A stretch of DNA of 64,000 nucleotides, taken from NCBI RefSeq assembly GCF_964204645.1, contig NW_027437441.1, positions 62,001-126,000 on the forward strand, in the 5' to 3' direction. The position numbers and the translations under genes were made by a program. The DNA comes from Tubulanus polymorphus. Taxonomy: Eukaryota > Animalia > Nemertea. How positions within the stretch are numbered: position 1 is the first letter of the stretch; each line of letters begins with the position of its first letter. A model generated the notes under the pieces. That model worked only from the letters and a program-made list of their open reading frames with translations. It ran no database searches and was not told where the DNA came from. Below, in pieces: positions 1 through 12,979 of the stretch.

Positions 1-103
1 AATACACTAGATTATATAATAAGTTTAAATGGTAATATTACAGTTGAAGAACAAGATAAATTATTAAAAGAATTAATAAATTATTAATTCTTTTATTATA
101 TAA

Positions 104-1405
104 ATGGGGTTTCCAAAAGCTTTCCAATATAATAAATCAATTAAATATAATATTCCTGCAATAGATTTTAACAAAAATATTACATATAAAAATTTAGTTT
201 TAAATTCATTAACTAATTTAGAAATTTATGTTACTGAATCACAGTTTTTTATTTCTAAAATGGAAAATATATTTAATACATATGAAGTTACTTTTACTCG
301 AGATGAATATCATATATATAAAGTAAAATCTAATATGAAATATTGGCAGAATCAATTAAATTTTGCTGTTTATTGTGCAACAACTGGTTGTGGTATAAGT
401 TGGAATGATCATTTGAATAACTTAGATAAAAATTTGAAAATTCTGATTTAAAATTAATTCACACAATATTTAGATTTCACACATATTTTCAAATCAGAAT
501 AATATTAAATGAATTAGAATGTCCTTTACCCGGATCTAAGTATTTTAAAGAATTGGATGATAATATTAATCTATCTAAGTTTTATAAAATATGTAATGAA
601 TTTAATATAAATATTAATTCTGATTTTAGAGCGCATGGTAAATTGCAAGGTATTGGTGAAGAGTATGAAATAAAAAGAAGTGATTATATGCATAGAATTT
701 CAGCTTATCATACTTATAAAATTGATAATAATAATGGTTGGATTGATTTCATTTTAGAAAATAGTGAAGGTCTTACAAAATCAGGCATACAAAGAATAAA
801 TCAATCTATTAGAACTTATTTAATTTGTATTTTAGGTGCACAAGTTGAAACAAGATCACCAATAGTTGGAAATGATAGTACTTCATTTGATGCGCAGAAA
901 CAATTCAAAGTATTATTTGAAGATTCCATTCATAATGATAAAAATAGATCTATTCCAGAAAACATTGTAAGATATCAAAATTATTTAGATAAATCACATA
1001 TTAGATTAAATTATTGTATAGGCCCTAATCTATTAATTATTTCTAATGATTTAGTATTAAAGATGGGAAATATAATTGGTTATAATAATCTAATTAAAAC
1101 TGCAACAATAAATAATTCATTTGGATTAAATGATATAAATAAAAAGATTATTGCTGCTTCAAAAATTAATGGAAGGTGAAAAAAATAAAAAACATATTCA
1201 ATCAACAGAAACTAAAACTATGAATATTAAATTGGATAATGATTCTAAAATAAAAGATTACAATACATCAGAAAATATTAAAACTGATAATATTCAACAT
1301 GAAATAATTAAACTAAATGATGATAATAAATCCCATGAAAATGCTAAATTAGCTTTAACTTGTATTTTAGTTAGGAATTGTAATCGGAGGAATATTATAT
1401 TTTAA
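104..1405 (+). pseudogene. Conserved Polinton protein with WQNQLNFAVYCATTGCG motif and C-terminal membrane anchor; frameshifted (ORFs 104-451, 553-1179, 1151-1405)
   Basis: Three consecutive ORFs align colinearly to 35272->33915 (-) of Polinton-2. Confidence 0.75.
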
Positions 1406-1428
1406 ATTTTAATTTTTTTATTATGTAA

Positions 1429-2871
1429 ATGGATGTAGAAGGTGGAGACGCTTATGAAATGGGAGAAATGGGAATTAATAATGAAGGATATATTGATGAT
1501 GATTATAATGATGCAGAAACTAATATTGATAATGATGATGAATCAGCGTATAATTCTAATTCAGCAGATAGTGCTTCTAAAGGCCCATCAACAGATGAAT
1601 TTGATAGAAGAACTAGATCGAGAATAAATCCTGAAAATCAGAATCCAGATTTAGTAAGACAGAATTTAGAATATAATGAATATGTTTATAATTTCAAACC
1701 TACATTTGAAAAATCTGGATATAATATAAATGCCAGAGGCGCCAGACTTTTAGTAAGAGAATTAAACATTTAGATAGTGAATATTATTATCATTTGAAAG
1801 ATGATTATTATATTAATATCTCTTATAAAAATCAAAGCAAAATATTAGCAGAATAAACTTTGAGTAATTTAGAACCAGAATTAAAAGAATAAGTAATGGT
1901 AATGAAATAGAAAATGTAAAACAAGAAAAAATAAATCAAAATAGAAAAGTATTTAAACAAAGAATTAATAATTTATTTGAAACAATCGATAATAAACAGA
2001 AACAACTTCTGAACAGAATATAACTTCCAAAACTAGTAAACCTAATTCAAGAAGGAGTTCAAACCGAAAAACTTTTACCAAATGGATTACTTGATGCAAC
2101 AAAACAAGAATTAGAAGATTTAAATATATTTTCTGATAAAGCAATTAGAGAAATTATTAGTATACAAAATAAAGCTGATAAATTTGCGCATGATAAAAGT
2201 ATGAGATTTTAGAATTAGAACTTTAGAAGATGAATTATTTAAATCAAGAAGAGAATCAGAACAATCAAAATTAGATAGAGATAATAAAGTCATTGAAGAA
2301 ATTGAATTTACAAAAAAGAAATGCATATTTAGAAAAAGAAATTGATAATTTAGAATATAACATAGAATTTCAGAAAGAAGAAATAAAATTATTAAAAAAA
2401 TCATATGATTATTGTATTAATAGATTAAAAGTTGTTGTTAAAGGTTTAATAATTAAACCAGATTCTGAAATATCATTGAAAGATAGAATAAAATTATTAT
2501 TTAAGTTTGAAGGAATAGCAATTCTTTCAATTCTAACAGCTGTAACTATGGTATTTACAACAATTGGTTTAGCAATATCAAATTCATTGAAATCTACTCC
2601 TGCTCCCAATAAACCAGATAAACCCCCGAATGATAATAATTCTATACAAGATAAAGTTAAGGATGGTTTAAAGAAATTAGGAAAATATTTATGGAAACTA
2701 TCTAAAAAATCTGCTGCAGCATTACCCGGAGTTATTGCATCAATTGTTGGTTTTATATTGAAATCTGCTGGGAATATTCTTAACTTTGCTGCTGAACATA
2801 TTATTTTATTTTTAATTACAGTTGTAAGTGCAATTATTTGTGGATTAGTTAACATGATAAAAAATAAATAA
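1429..2871 (+). pseudogene. Acidic N-terminus / coiled-coil / two hydrophobic helices membrane protein; frameshifted
   Basis: ORFs 1429-1773 and 2293-2871; the C-terminal ~130 aa are nearly identical to 38223-38621; same position upstream of the capsid gene. Confidence 0.7.
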
Positions 2872-2891
2872 TTAATTTTTTTGTTAAATAA

Positions 2892-4139
2892 ATGAGTGGG
2901 AGTTATATAAGTCCTTCTAAGAATCATAGAATATCTAATGCTATTAAAGCAAAAAGATCACATCATATAATTACTCATAACCCTTCTAATATTAATCCCG
3001 ATGAAACTTTATATGTTAGAATTCCTCGATTAACACAAAATACTTTTTATGTTCCAAATGGTATTTATTTATCAGCCGATATAAAAGTAACTGGTAATAA
3101 TAATAATTATGTTGTTGATAATGTTGGGAGATATTTGATTAAAAAATTAGCTGTAAAGATTGGACCAGAAACAGTTTTCTCATTAGATGATTATAATTTA
3201 TTTATGCATTATAAAGATTTATGGTTAACAAAAGAAAATAGAAATAATATGATATTTCAAGGCATCCAATCAGAAAACCAAAATAAATTAAGATCTGGAG
3301 CTAATAATGCAGTAGAAACTAATGCTACAGATAATTTGATAAAAAAGATTTATGGAAGCAAATATAAAATTCCATTAGACTTTGAATTGATAAATAATAA
3401 TGCGCCTTTATACAAATATGTTATACAAGAAGATATTATATTCGAAATAACATTTGCTCCTGTAAATGAAATTGTATTTTCTAGCGTTAATAAAGATATG
3501 GGATATGAATTATCGAATATATGTTTGGAATTTGATACAGTAACTGATGAAAATATTGCTAGCATAATTCAAACTCAATACAACCAAGGATTTTCATTAT
3601 TATATGATTATATTGAAAAATTTAAAACTGTAACTATTAATGCAAATGATGAAATAATTAATGAGAATATTAACATCCCAAGAAGATCTTTTAAAGGTAT
3701 ATTAATATTTTTTACCATTGCAACATGTACTAATGGTTCAATAAATGTTGATAATTATTGTAATCCTGAAATATCAAAAGTAGAAATAACAATTGAAGGC
3801 ATAGCAAATAAAATATTTCGTCAAGGAATGAGAATGATAGATCAATGGCCAGAAATTAGAAAACATTTTATGAGTGAAAAAGTAAAATCATTTGAGAATT
3901 GTAGTATTAATCAAATTGATTATTATACCGGTAATAAATATGCATTATGGTTAGATTTTAGAACAACAGAGGATAATTCATTACATGGTTCTGGGAAAAA
4001 ACTACAAAATACTAAAGATGGAATACTATTATTCATGAAAAAGAAAAAAGGAAGTTTAAATTTCAAAATGCGCGTTTATATTATATCCGACGCGCCATTA
4101 AATATTGTAAATTCACAATTAGATAGTATTATGTTTTAA
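2892..4139 (+). CDS. Major capsid protein (double jelly-roll, hexon-like) of Polinton-1
   Basis: Intact 415-aa ORF, beta-rich (NPSNINPDETLYVRIP..VVDNVGRYLIKKL..YKDLW..YALWLDFR); size and context fit a Polinton MCP; close paralog at 38662. Confidence 0.75.
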   Translation: MSGSYISPSKNHRISNAIKAKRSHHIITHNPSNINPDETLYVRIPRLTQNTFYVPNGIYLSADIKVTGNNNNYVVDNVGRYLIKKLAVKIGPETVFSLDDYNLFMHYKDLWLTKENRNNMIFQGIQSENQNKLRSGANNAVETNATDNLIKKIYGSKYKIPLDFELINNNAPLYKYVIQEDIIFEITFAPVNEIVFSSVNKDMGYELSNICLEFDTVTDENIASIIQTQYNQGFSLLYDYIEKFKTVTINANDEIINENINIPRRSFKGILIFFTIATCTNGSINVDNYCNPEISKVEITIEGIANKIFRQGMRMIDQWPEIRKHFMSEKVKSFENCSINQIDYYTGNKYALWLDFRTTEDNSLHGSGKKLQNTKDGILLFMKKKKGSLNFKMRVYIISDAPLNIVNSQLDSIMF

Positions 4140-4188
4140 GTGTTATGAAATATTAAAATTTTAACTTTGATAAAAAATCTTATATTAA

Positions 4189-5378
4189 ATGGAAGGTGGA
4201 ATATATGAAATACAAACTCCAAGTGAAATGATATCAGATATATATTATATATTACCTTATGATGAATACAGTAATTATTTTGGAGAATACTTTAATCAAT
4301 TTAAATATAGAATAAGTAAAATAGATAAGAATATTGAAACAAAAAAAGAAAATAATATTGAACCTAAAATAGAAGATAAGAATGATATTGAATATAAAAT
4401 AGAAGATAATACTGAAACTAAAATAGAAGATAGTAATAATATTGAAACAAAAAAAGAAGATGTAATCTACATCTTATAATATACCCTCTACATGTGATAT
4501 TGAATCAAAAAAAGATTATTATAATCAAAAATATTGTGATGTATGTAGAAATATATATCATATAAAAATTGGGCATCACATAAGAAATCAAAGAAACATA
4601 TAGAAAAAGAAAAGAATAATAATGATAATAATATATCTGGTAATAATATAATAGATAATATCATAGATAATGTTAATACAATTGAAACAAATGATTCCAT
4701 AGATAATATAACAGATTATGTTGGTACAATTGAAACTAATGATAATGAAACAATTGATGATCCTAAAAAACATAATAACATTTGTGATTTAGATATTTCT
4801 AAAAGTAATTTTTCTAAACATAAAAAATCTCAAGCGCATATCGAAAATGAAAGGAAGTTAGAAGAACATGAAAAGAAATTAGAAGAAATAGAAAGAAATA
4901 AAATGTGCCAATGTTGTAATAAAAAAATTGAACCTGTTGATGAAAATACTCATTATAAATCAAAATTACATCTAATAAATGTTTATAAAATAATGGGTAT
5001 GATACCATTGTTAAATAACCCAGGGAAATATATCAAATATTTCAATCCTAAAACTAACCAATATTATATACACTATAAGTTGTTTTTTGATAAATTATAA
5101 GCTTATGCAGAAGATAATCCTGAACAAATCTATTTTTTATTATATTTTAGAAAAATAGATTTAAGTTATCTAATAAAACATTTTGGATATCAATTTGATT
5201 TTGATAATGATGATTTTGATGAATACTTAGAAAAATTAAGAGAAAAAGCTAATATACCTACGAATTATCATTCAAAGATGACTCGACTAAAATTAATAAA
5301 TCTACCTAAGACTTTTGATGAATTAGATATAAACAGAGATGATTTTATAAATGTATTAGAAACAAAATTAGAATAATT
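4189..5378 (+). pseudogene. C2H2/U1-type zinc-finger protein; frameshifted
   Basis: ORFs 4189-4479 and 4903-5100 (CQCC..NTHYKSKLH) plus further CxxC..H..SK.H fragments; positional equivalent of 39942-40766. Confidence 0.55.
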
Positions 5379-5395
5379 ATTATAAAACTATTTTT

Positions 5396-5720
5396 TATAT
5401 CTATGTACTAGACGTACGTAAGAATCTTGGCAAGAATCCAAGAAATCTTACTTTCTTACTCGTACGTCTAGTACGTAGATATATATAATAGCTTTCATAA
5501 AAATTAAAAACATAAAATTATTAATCTAAGTATAGAAATAGTTATAATATAATCTATTTTTATTTTTATTAAGAGAAAACATATAATTTATTCATTTTTA
5601 TATAATTCATTTAATAACTTATATATCTATGTACTAGACGTACGAGTAAGAATCCAAGAATTCTTACTTTCTTACTTTCTTAGCAAGAATCTTGGATTCT
5701 TACGTACGTCTAGTATATAG
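5396..5720. repeat. Two tandem hairpins (arms tatatctatgtactagacgtacg / cgtacgtctagta..tag) between convergent genes
   Basis: Stems 5396-5418 with 5461-5483, and 5622-5644 with 5703-5720; loops are made of aagaat(c/t) and cttactt repeats. Confidence 0.85.
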
Positions 5721-5759
5721 AAATACAAATTAGTTTCTATAATATTCCAAATTAGGATT

Positions 5760-7214
5760 TTATTTTATAAATTTATATTCATAGGGAAATTGAAGCCTCA
5801 GTAATAATATTGAACCTTTATTATTCTTTAATTTATTCATATATTCATCATGTAATTCAGTAGGTATAATTTGATTTTCTTCCAATGATTGTTGCATAGA
5901 TTTTCTATCTTTATTGTAGAATAAAACTAAAAATCTTATATTCTCCCTAAAGTCTTTAACAATTGAATTATATTTTTGATTTAAAACCCATGTTGTTATC
6001 CCAAAATGTCTCCCAGGGAAAACTAGATAACATAACTCACTTTCTCTAACTTTTGAATCATGTAAATTAGCGCAATCATCTATAATGAATAATGCATTTA
6101 ATCCTTTATAAATATCTAATGCTATTTTTATACAATTATCTAAATTTTCTTTTATTGTTTTAGGATCTAATATAATGAACTTTTTTATCTTAATTATATT
6201 TCTATTATATGTTTTATTAAGAGTTTTTGTTTTCAATACTTTTTCTATTTTGTATTCTATTTCATCTGGGTTTGGTACAAGTGATAATTCTTGTTCATAG
6301 AAATAACCTAATATTTCTTCATCTTTTAGATCTTCTAATTTATAAACAAATGGTTTAGTTAATATTATCTTTTTAATCTTAAATATTTCTTCAGTAAAAT
6401 TAGGGGTATAACCTTTATAAAAGGTTTTTCTATATTTAGATATTCTAACGTGTTGTCCAGTTTTAAATTTAGGTTCTCCAAAATCATGTGTTACAAACGC
6501 GCCATATAAATTATTCCAAACTATTTCTGAATTATCTTCTTTTCTAGCTTGTATAGGTTTCATATTTATAGAATTATGTTTAGAATTATTATAACCTTTC
6601 ACTAAATCATCTAACACATCGATATATTTATATGTTTCATTAGCAGTAAAGTATTTCCACATTCTAGTTTTCAATGTTTTATTAAATCTTTCTATAATAG
6701 ATGCTTTTTTATCTGAATGTGTTGAAAAATACTCTACATCGTTAACAGGTAATAGTTTTTTAAAATGTTTGTTATAGAATTCCTTACCTTCATCAAATTG
6801 TATCTTACCTGGAATAGCTTCTTTAGATATATTCTTAAAAGCATTTGTCACTTCTATTCCAGTTTTATTTTTGATTGGAATTGACCATGCGTATCTACTG
6901 AATATGTCTATAACATTCAGTATCCAGAAATATCCTTTGTTGTATTCTTCTAAGTTCTTCATGTCAATTAAATCTGCTTGCCATTGTTGATCGATATATG
7001 AAACCATAACTTTTCTTGTTGAATAAGTTTTATCCATTTTCTTGTGGATTTGATATGTTGGTTGATTTTGTAACCATGATCTTAATTCACTATATTTTAT
7101 ATTACCATTTTCTTTATCAGATTTAATTTAACCCCATAATTCTGAAACGTCAGAATATGATACTTCACTTTCTGGGTTATAATATAAATCTCTTAAATAA
7201 TGTTCTTTTTTCAT
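5760..7214 (-). pseudogene. Retroviral-like integrase joined to the C-terminal part of the packaging ATPase; early stop codon and 240-bp in-frame deletion
   Basis: WQADL..D, FDEGKEF and IIERFNKTLK (DDE) motifs; lacks the 80 aa (chromodomain core plus Walker A) present in 43975-45696; TAA near 7128 truncates the N-terminus. Confidence 0.85.
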
Positions 7215-7220
7215 CTTATT

Positions 7221-7589
7221 TTAATCCATTAATAATAATTTAGATTTAGTTTCAATGACTTTATGATTTGACTTATTTTCTGGTATAATAGGTTTATCAT
7301 CATTGGAATCATCTTTATCATCAGATTTGAATTTTGATTTATATATTACACCGGATGATATAATAATTCTGATTAACCCAATTGTAATATATAAGTAATT
7401 ATTTCTTCCAGCATTATAAGAATTAGATGGATTGTTATTTGAATCAATATCAGATAAAGTCTGTGATTTATTTATATCAGTTAATTTCTTTTTCTTAGCT
7501 TTTTTTAATTCTGCAGATCTTTTACCTAATTCTCTTGCCCATTTAATTTGTTTTTCAGATCTAACCTTTTTCTTAACGCCATCACTCAT
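7221..7589 (-). CDS. Small basic protein with one transmembrane segment (Polinton)
   Basis: Intact 122-aa ORF; paralog at 43609-43968. Confidence 0.7.
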   Translation of the reverse strand: MSDGVKKKVRSEKQIKWARELGKRSAELKKAKKKKLTDINKSQTLSDIDSNNNPSNSYNAGRNNYLYITIGLIRIIISSGVIYKSKFKSDDKDDSNDDKPIIPENKSNHKVIETKSKLLLMD

Positions 7590-7598
7590 TTATTTTAG

Positions 7599-8186
7599 TT
7601 AATTTTTGTTCTCATTTTCTGTTTCGCTGTTTGGTTGTAGTACATCTGTTTCGTTCTTACCTGATTTATATTCCATAGGTTTGATGTTCGAAAATGTTAT
7701 GACACCAGTAGAAATTAATGTCATAACCGATCCTAATTGAAATGAAGCGTAACCAACCCATTTTTGTAATTCAGTCATAACTAAGTAGTCATTTTTCAAA
7801 TCATTATATAATTTATTTTCATCATCAATTGGTATAAACTGGTTACATAACTTAGAGTAACATTTGATAATACCATCCGAAATAGAAACATTTATTCTAG
7901 CTAATCTAGCTTCTTCATAAATCTTAAAATATTTTATTACTTTATCTGGTTTCATAGAGTCTAGTTCTTGAAAAGTAATGGTCTTAGTTAAAAACTCCTT
8001 AGATTTCCCGCCAGCAATTAGTAATTCAAGATGGTGTTTACAATATAAGTAGTATTCATAATCAATATTGTTATTAACTTGAATATTATTTTCAATTTTG
8101 GTCGGAATATCCTTATTATCACTAATGCCCAAATCATCTAATGTTTTTTCAAAATCAATACTATTCTTACTCGATTTCTTTGACAT
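7599..8186 (-). CDS. Conserved Polinton hypothetical protein (195 aa)
   Basis: Intact ORF; paralog at 43014-43616. Confidence 0.7.
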   Translation of the reverse strand: MSKKSSKNSIDFEKTLDDLGISDNKDIPTKIENNIQVNNNIDYEYYLYCKHHLELLIAGGKSKEFLTKTITFQELDSMKPDKVIKYFKIYEEARLARINVSISDGIIKCYSKLCNQFIPIDDENKLYNDLKNDYLVMTELQKWVGYASFQLGSVMTLISTGVITFSNIKPMEYKSGKNETDVLQPNSETENENKN

Positions 8187-8392
8187 TTATATTAGAGAAA
8201 AAAAGCAAGAAAAATATAATAAGTATTCTTCAAATGATATTAGTATCTCTTTGGGTTAATACTAGCTTAGTTCAGTTAAAGAATTTTAGTATTAGTTATT
8301 GTTTTTTTTTAGTATTTTTTAAAACTGAATTCCTTCTAATCACGAGAGAGAATGTATCCTGTGTGTATGTACTGAGTTCTTATTATGAACGC

Positions 8393-9033
8393 TTAAGATT
8401 CAACGTATTTTTCATTATTTGGATCACTATTCCATAATTCAACAAATGTCTTTGCTTTAACCAGTTGATCTAAATATAACTGTAAATCTAGTTTATTAGA
8501 TTTAATTATGTTTTCCTTCTTTTCTAAAGGTCTTAAATTTCTCCAGCCCCATATTAGCTTCTTATTATATCTTATTATAATCATCACTCATGTCAAATTT
8601 CGAAATCGGCAACACATGATCAATATGAAAGTATTCACCATAATTATCTATATTCACTTTATCGTTGAATTGATATATTATCCATGATTTGAGAAATTCA
8701 TCTGTACAACCCAACAAATTAGATAGTGTTTCTGAATGTGTTTCTTTGTTGAATAATTGTGTGAATCTAGATCTTAAACATTGTTTCAATCTAAAATTAA
8801 GATCTGTTTTATATCTTTCTCTCATGTATTCTGTCATATAATCATTATAAGCTTCTCTGTTATCTTCTCGGTATTGTTTGACATATAGTTTAATACAAGT
8901 TTTACAGCAATATTGAAAACCAGCTTTGCTAATCTTACGCTTATTAAATTCTGTTATAGCTAATTTATCTAATTCACATTTAGAACATTTCTTTATTTGT
9001 AATATTGATTGTTTGTGGTTGTTCTGGTTCCAT
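8393..9033 (-). pseudogene. HNH endonuclease, frameshifted copy
   Basis: The start MEPEQPQTIN at 9033 and the fragments FHIDHVLP (8565-8837) and NLRPLEKKEN (8393-8587) match 41191-41841. Confidence 0.85.
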
Positions 9034-9038
9034 TTATT

Positions 9039-9210
9039 AGGGTTTTCTGTTATTTCACAGAAAACCCTATTTCTATTCCGCGTGATTATTATAAGGGTTT
9101 TCTGTTATTTCACAGAAAACCCTATTGATATCCGCATGATTATTATTAGGGTTTTCTGTTATTTCACAGAAAACCCTATTGATATCCGCGTGATTATTAT
9201 TATTATTATT
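9039..9210 (+). repeat. Three tandem copies of the palindromic HINE 5' head (~55 bp)
   Basis: agggttttctgttatttcacagaaaaccctatt repeated three times. Confidence 0.9.
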
Positions 9211-10531
9211 TTCTTCCACACTATTTTTACCAAAAGAACATAGGCTTTGTTACCTTACCGCTGTTTCATATACAATCCATATAATATCGTTCAGCTCACT
9301 GAGATCTACAAATAGCCCGCGTGTTTTTTCACGAATCATCGTTACAAAAGCGCTGTCGGCCGTAAACATCGAAAATTTAGCGACATGTTTTTCGAGTCGT
9401 CATCCCGAAATCAACCCGCAGGCCGACTGTCACTTCGATTATCAATTCAAGTATAAATGAACTAATTTATTGCCGCAGACTTCACATTCAGTCGCGGTCT
9501 TCAAACAGTGATTTTAACAATAGCCCATTTTCCTCATCAAATCATATTACCGATACACTGAAAATTTACTACTTTAGATTTTAAAAGCACTGTCGAGCCG
9601 TAAACATCGACGAATCGACGTGTGTTACTACATCGTCGTTCCGGGGATCAGCTGCGAGTTTCTCCTCATCATGAGAATCAAATCGAGTACAAATTAATTT
9701 ATTTCTACCAGTGATTTGGCTGCGGGTTTCAAGGAGTTAGTTTAACAATACCTATTTTTCTTTACCGAATTAACCGTGTATTTACTAAGATAACAGTCGT
9801 GTACCAGGGAATCGTAGGCCTAAACTAAACACGCCGAAGAGATATAGCGGAGAAAAGCTGTTATATCGACGAGGTATCAAAATAAAAAAATATATTACTT
9901 TATTCGGCCGCGGGCTTCAACCTCTATATCAATACCATCAATACGCTATATTTCCTACAGTACATACCGATCATTGTCAAATGAACAAGGTATTTACTAA
10001 ATACAAGTTTATAACACACTCCTTTCCGTATGCTGGACTCACACTTGACATTCGGAGTAAGCGTTCGCTGTCGGGGAAAGGAGATCGTTCGCTGTGTCGC
10101 TTGAAGTGTTTATCGAGTTTTACGCAGCTTTAGGCCTACCGGTATTGAGCTTTACTAAACAAACACAGTATAATTGTTGCGTTTATTAACGGACTCATTG
10201 GATTGAACTTCAAAACAAAATTTACGGCCTACGACCAATCTGTCCAGATTTTAGGCCTACGCATATACATAGGCCTACATAGGCTAGTAGCCTCTACTAG
10301 GTTAAAGCTAAGTTCACTGTAAAGGAGGAATCAAGATTTATTAAAATGCATGTTAATTAGTGATTAACTGGTTGTGACTTGCAACGATCAATCACATTTA
10401 TCAATTTTATTGCCAAAAATGAAGATTTTTTTGAAAATTTCGTCTGAGCAGACAGCTTTATAAGCCAGACTTTTCATTTGAGTTTTTTCATCATAAATGA
10501 AACTGGTATTTCATTAATTTCTTATGATTAA

Positions 10532-10859
10532 AGCAGGGCGTAGGTCGGCCTTGCGACGGCTTGTGATTCACTGCGACGCCTATCACTGCGACCGCCAGCG
10601 ACGATTGTGTCGCAACGACTCATCGACCTACGCTCCCTTGCGACGGGTTGCGACTTTCAGCAACGTCAGTCACAAGGAGTCGCACGTGTTCTACTTTCTG
10701 CGACGCGACACGACTGTCACAACCAACCGACGCGCTCTTGCGACTGGCAGAAACAAGTCGCACACAGTCGCTGACAATCGTATCGCAACCGACTTGCACC
10801 GAAACTTGCGATGCAACGCGAGGATCGCATCGCGTCACAAGGCTGACCTACGTCCGGCT
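10532..10859. mobile_element. MITE (~330 bp) flanked by TTAA; Kolobok- or Harbinger-like
   Basis: TIR agcagggcgtaggtcggccttgcgacg / cgtcacaaggctgacctacgtccggct; TTAA at 10528-10531 and 10860-10863. Confidence 0.8.
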
Positions 10860-11847
10860 TTAAGTTACTGCGGAGCCCCAGAAATATCTTTTTTTTTCGT
10901 TCAAAAGACCTTTCGCTTGAAAATTCTATGTCAGAACAAAATTTATTTTGTTCCGACCAATAATATTCTGTTCGATTGAACCAATTCGAAAAAAACGTTA
11001 GAACAAAGTTGAACAAACCTTTTTTTGTCCAAACGAAAGATTTTTGTTCGAACAATTGTTCGATTGAACAGAATCGTTTGAATTTGATCAGAATTTTCTT
11101 TTCAGAACATTAAGTTTTTCGTTCGAACAAGTATATTGTAAAAAGTTTTTTCTCCGAACCAAAAGTATTAAGTATTTCGTTCAACCGAACAGAATTGTTT
11201 TCATTCAAACATTCGTTCGAAAAAATTGTTTTTGCTCAACCAAATTTTTTTGCCGGGACAAAAAGTTTTTCATTTCAACAATAACAAAGCTTTCAGAATG
11301 AAGAAAAGTTTTGGTTCAAACAAAAAGCGCACAAGATTTTCTTGTCGGATCATTAAGTTTTTTGGTCGAACTGCGTGTTAAGGTCGTTTTGGAAATTTAC
11401 TCGGACTGGTATATTTTGGATTACTGTGTATGTCATTTGTCAGGACATTAAACAGAAGACGACTTAGGATACTACCTTGCGTGACTCGACTAGTTAGACC
11501 GACTTAATCCAAGATGAAGCGTTCCGTTGATTTCGGCTACAAGTTTTCGTTCAGAGATAATGCTGAGCCATTTCGGCAACCTATCATTGATACTGTTTCC
11601 TATTAGCCTTGTTTAGTAATGGCTGATGTTGTACCTTATTAAATGCTTTGTTAAAATCATAAAGAGTAATTATCGCCTAACAGTCGATTTTCCAGAGTCA
11701 AATAGGACATCTGGTTCAGTTGTCCATGGTTTCAAGAAGGTCTAATTGACTGTTCGTCGAGCTTCCTCTTATAAAACTGTATTAACCATTGAACAGGATT
11801 CAAAGACTGTGCAGAAAACCCGTTATCGCTGCTTTGCAGCTATATTT

Positions 11848-12205
11848 AGGGTTTTCTGTTACATCACAGAAAACCCTATTGAGATTCGCGTGTTTCTTAT
11901 TATTAGGGTTTTCTGTTACATCACATAAAACCCTATTGAGAGTCGCGTGTTTCGTATTATTATTATTATTATTATTAGGGTTTTCTGTTACATCACAGAA
12001 AACCCTATTGAGATTCGCGCGTTTCTTATTATTATTAGGGTTTTCTGTTATTTCACAGAAAACCCTATTGATATCCGCGTGATTATTATTAGGGTTTTCT
12101 GTTATTTCACAGAAAACCCTATTGATATCCGCGTGATTATTATTAGGGTTTTCTGTTATTTCACAGAAAACCCTATTGATATCCGCGTGATTATTATTAT
12201 TATTA
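11848..12205 (+). repeat. Six tandem copies of the palindromic HINE 5' head
   Basis: agggttttctgtta(c/t)..cacagaaaaccctattga repeated with (att)n spacers. Confidence 0.9.
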
Positions 12206-12979
12206 TTTTCTTCCACACTATTTTTACCAAAAGAACATAGGCTTTGTTACCTTACCGCTGTTTCATATACAATCCATATAATATCGTTCAGCTCACTGAG
12301 ATCTACAAATAGCCTGCGTGTTTTTTCACGAATCATCGTTACAAAAGCGCTGTCGGGCCGTAAACATCGAAAATTTAGCGACATGTTTTTCGAGTCGTCA
12401 TCCCGAAATCAACCCGCAGGCCGACTGTCACTTCGATTATCAATTCAAGTATAAATGAACTAATTTATTGCCGCAGACTTCACATTCAGTCGCGGTCTTC
12501 AAACAGTGATTTTAACAATAGCCCATTTTCCTCATCAAATCATATTACCGATACACTGGAAATTTACTACTTTAGATTTTAAAAGCACTGTCGAGCCGTA
12601 AACATCGACGATTCGACGTGTGTTACTCCATCGTCGTTCCGGGGATCAGCTGCGAGTTTCTCCTCATCATGAACCTACGTGAAGTGAGCCTGTTATTCCA
12701 GCCTCGTATTCAGATATAGTGTGTACACACTGTACAGCTGCCTTTAGATACTGGTTGACATGAAATGTATAACTTAGCATGACGGAGCGATGATAACTAA
12801 CGTTAACGTTAGTATATAGCATCGGATACTGATACTCAAATTTCTCTGAAACAAAAACTCCAGGTTTCGTAAAAACTGAGTATATTACTGAGTAGGCTCG
12901 ATTGTTCAAGTAGATATATAAAGTAAATGTCTGTGCATCGATTTGTTCAGGTATTATTTCAACTCACGATTGCATCATT

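Larger units (their letters stand above)
1..9038. mobile_element. Polinton/Maverick-1, central and right part (left end lies upstream of the window; interrupted at 9038 by the HINE array)
   Basis: Capsid, integrase/ATPase, HNH and membrane ORFs homologous to Polinton-2. The sequence at 9031-9038 (catttatt) continues at 54762 (atacatattttttactaaattg), matching the reverse complement of the region upstream of 41191. Confidence 0.9.

Noticed and set aside
2409-2927. Antisense ORFs over Polinton genes (also 3350-3565, 33351-33737, 37426-38617, 40262-40570, 44916-45164)
   Set aside because: Shadow frames of the real genes, with no motifs or TAAATG leaders.
10524-11055. ORFs of 71-151 aa in a GC-rich patch
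   Set aside because: They lie in a TTAA-flanked MITE with internal repeats; no protein features.
11848-12205. Palindromic repeats resembling a CRISPR array
   Set aside because: Spacers are repeated rather than unique, there are no cas genes, and the context is eukaryotic; these are duplicated HINE heads.
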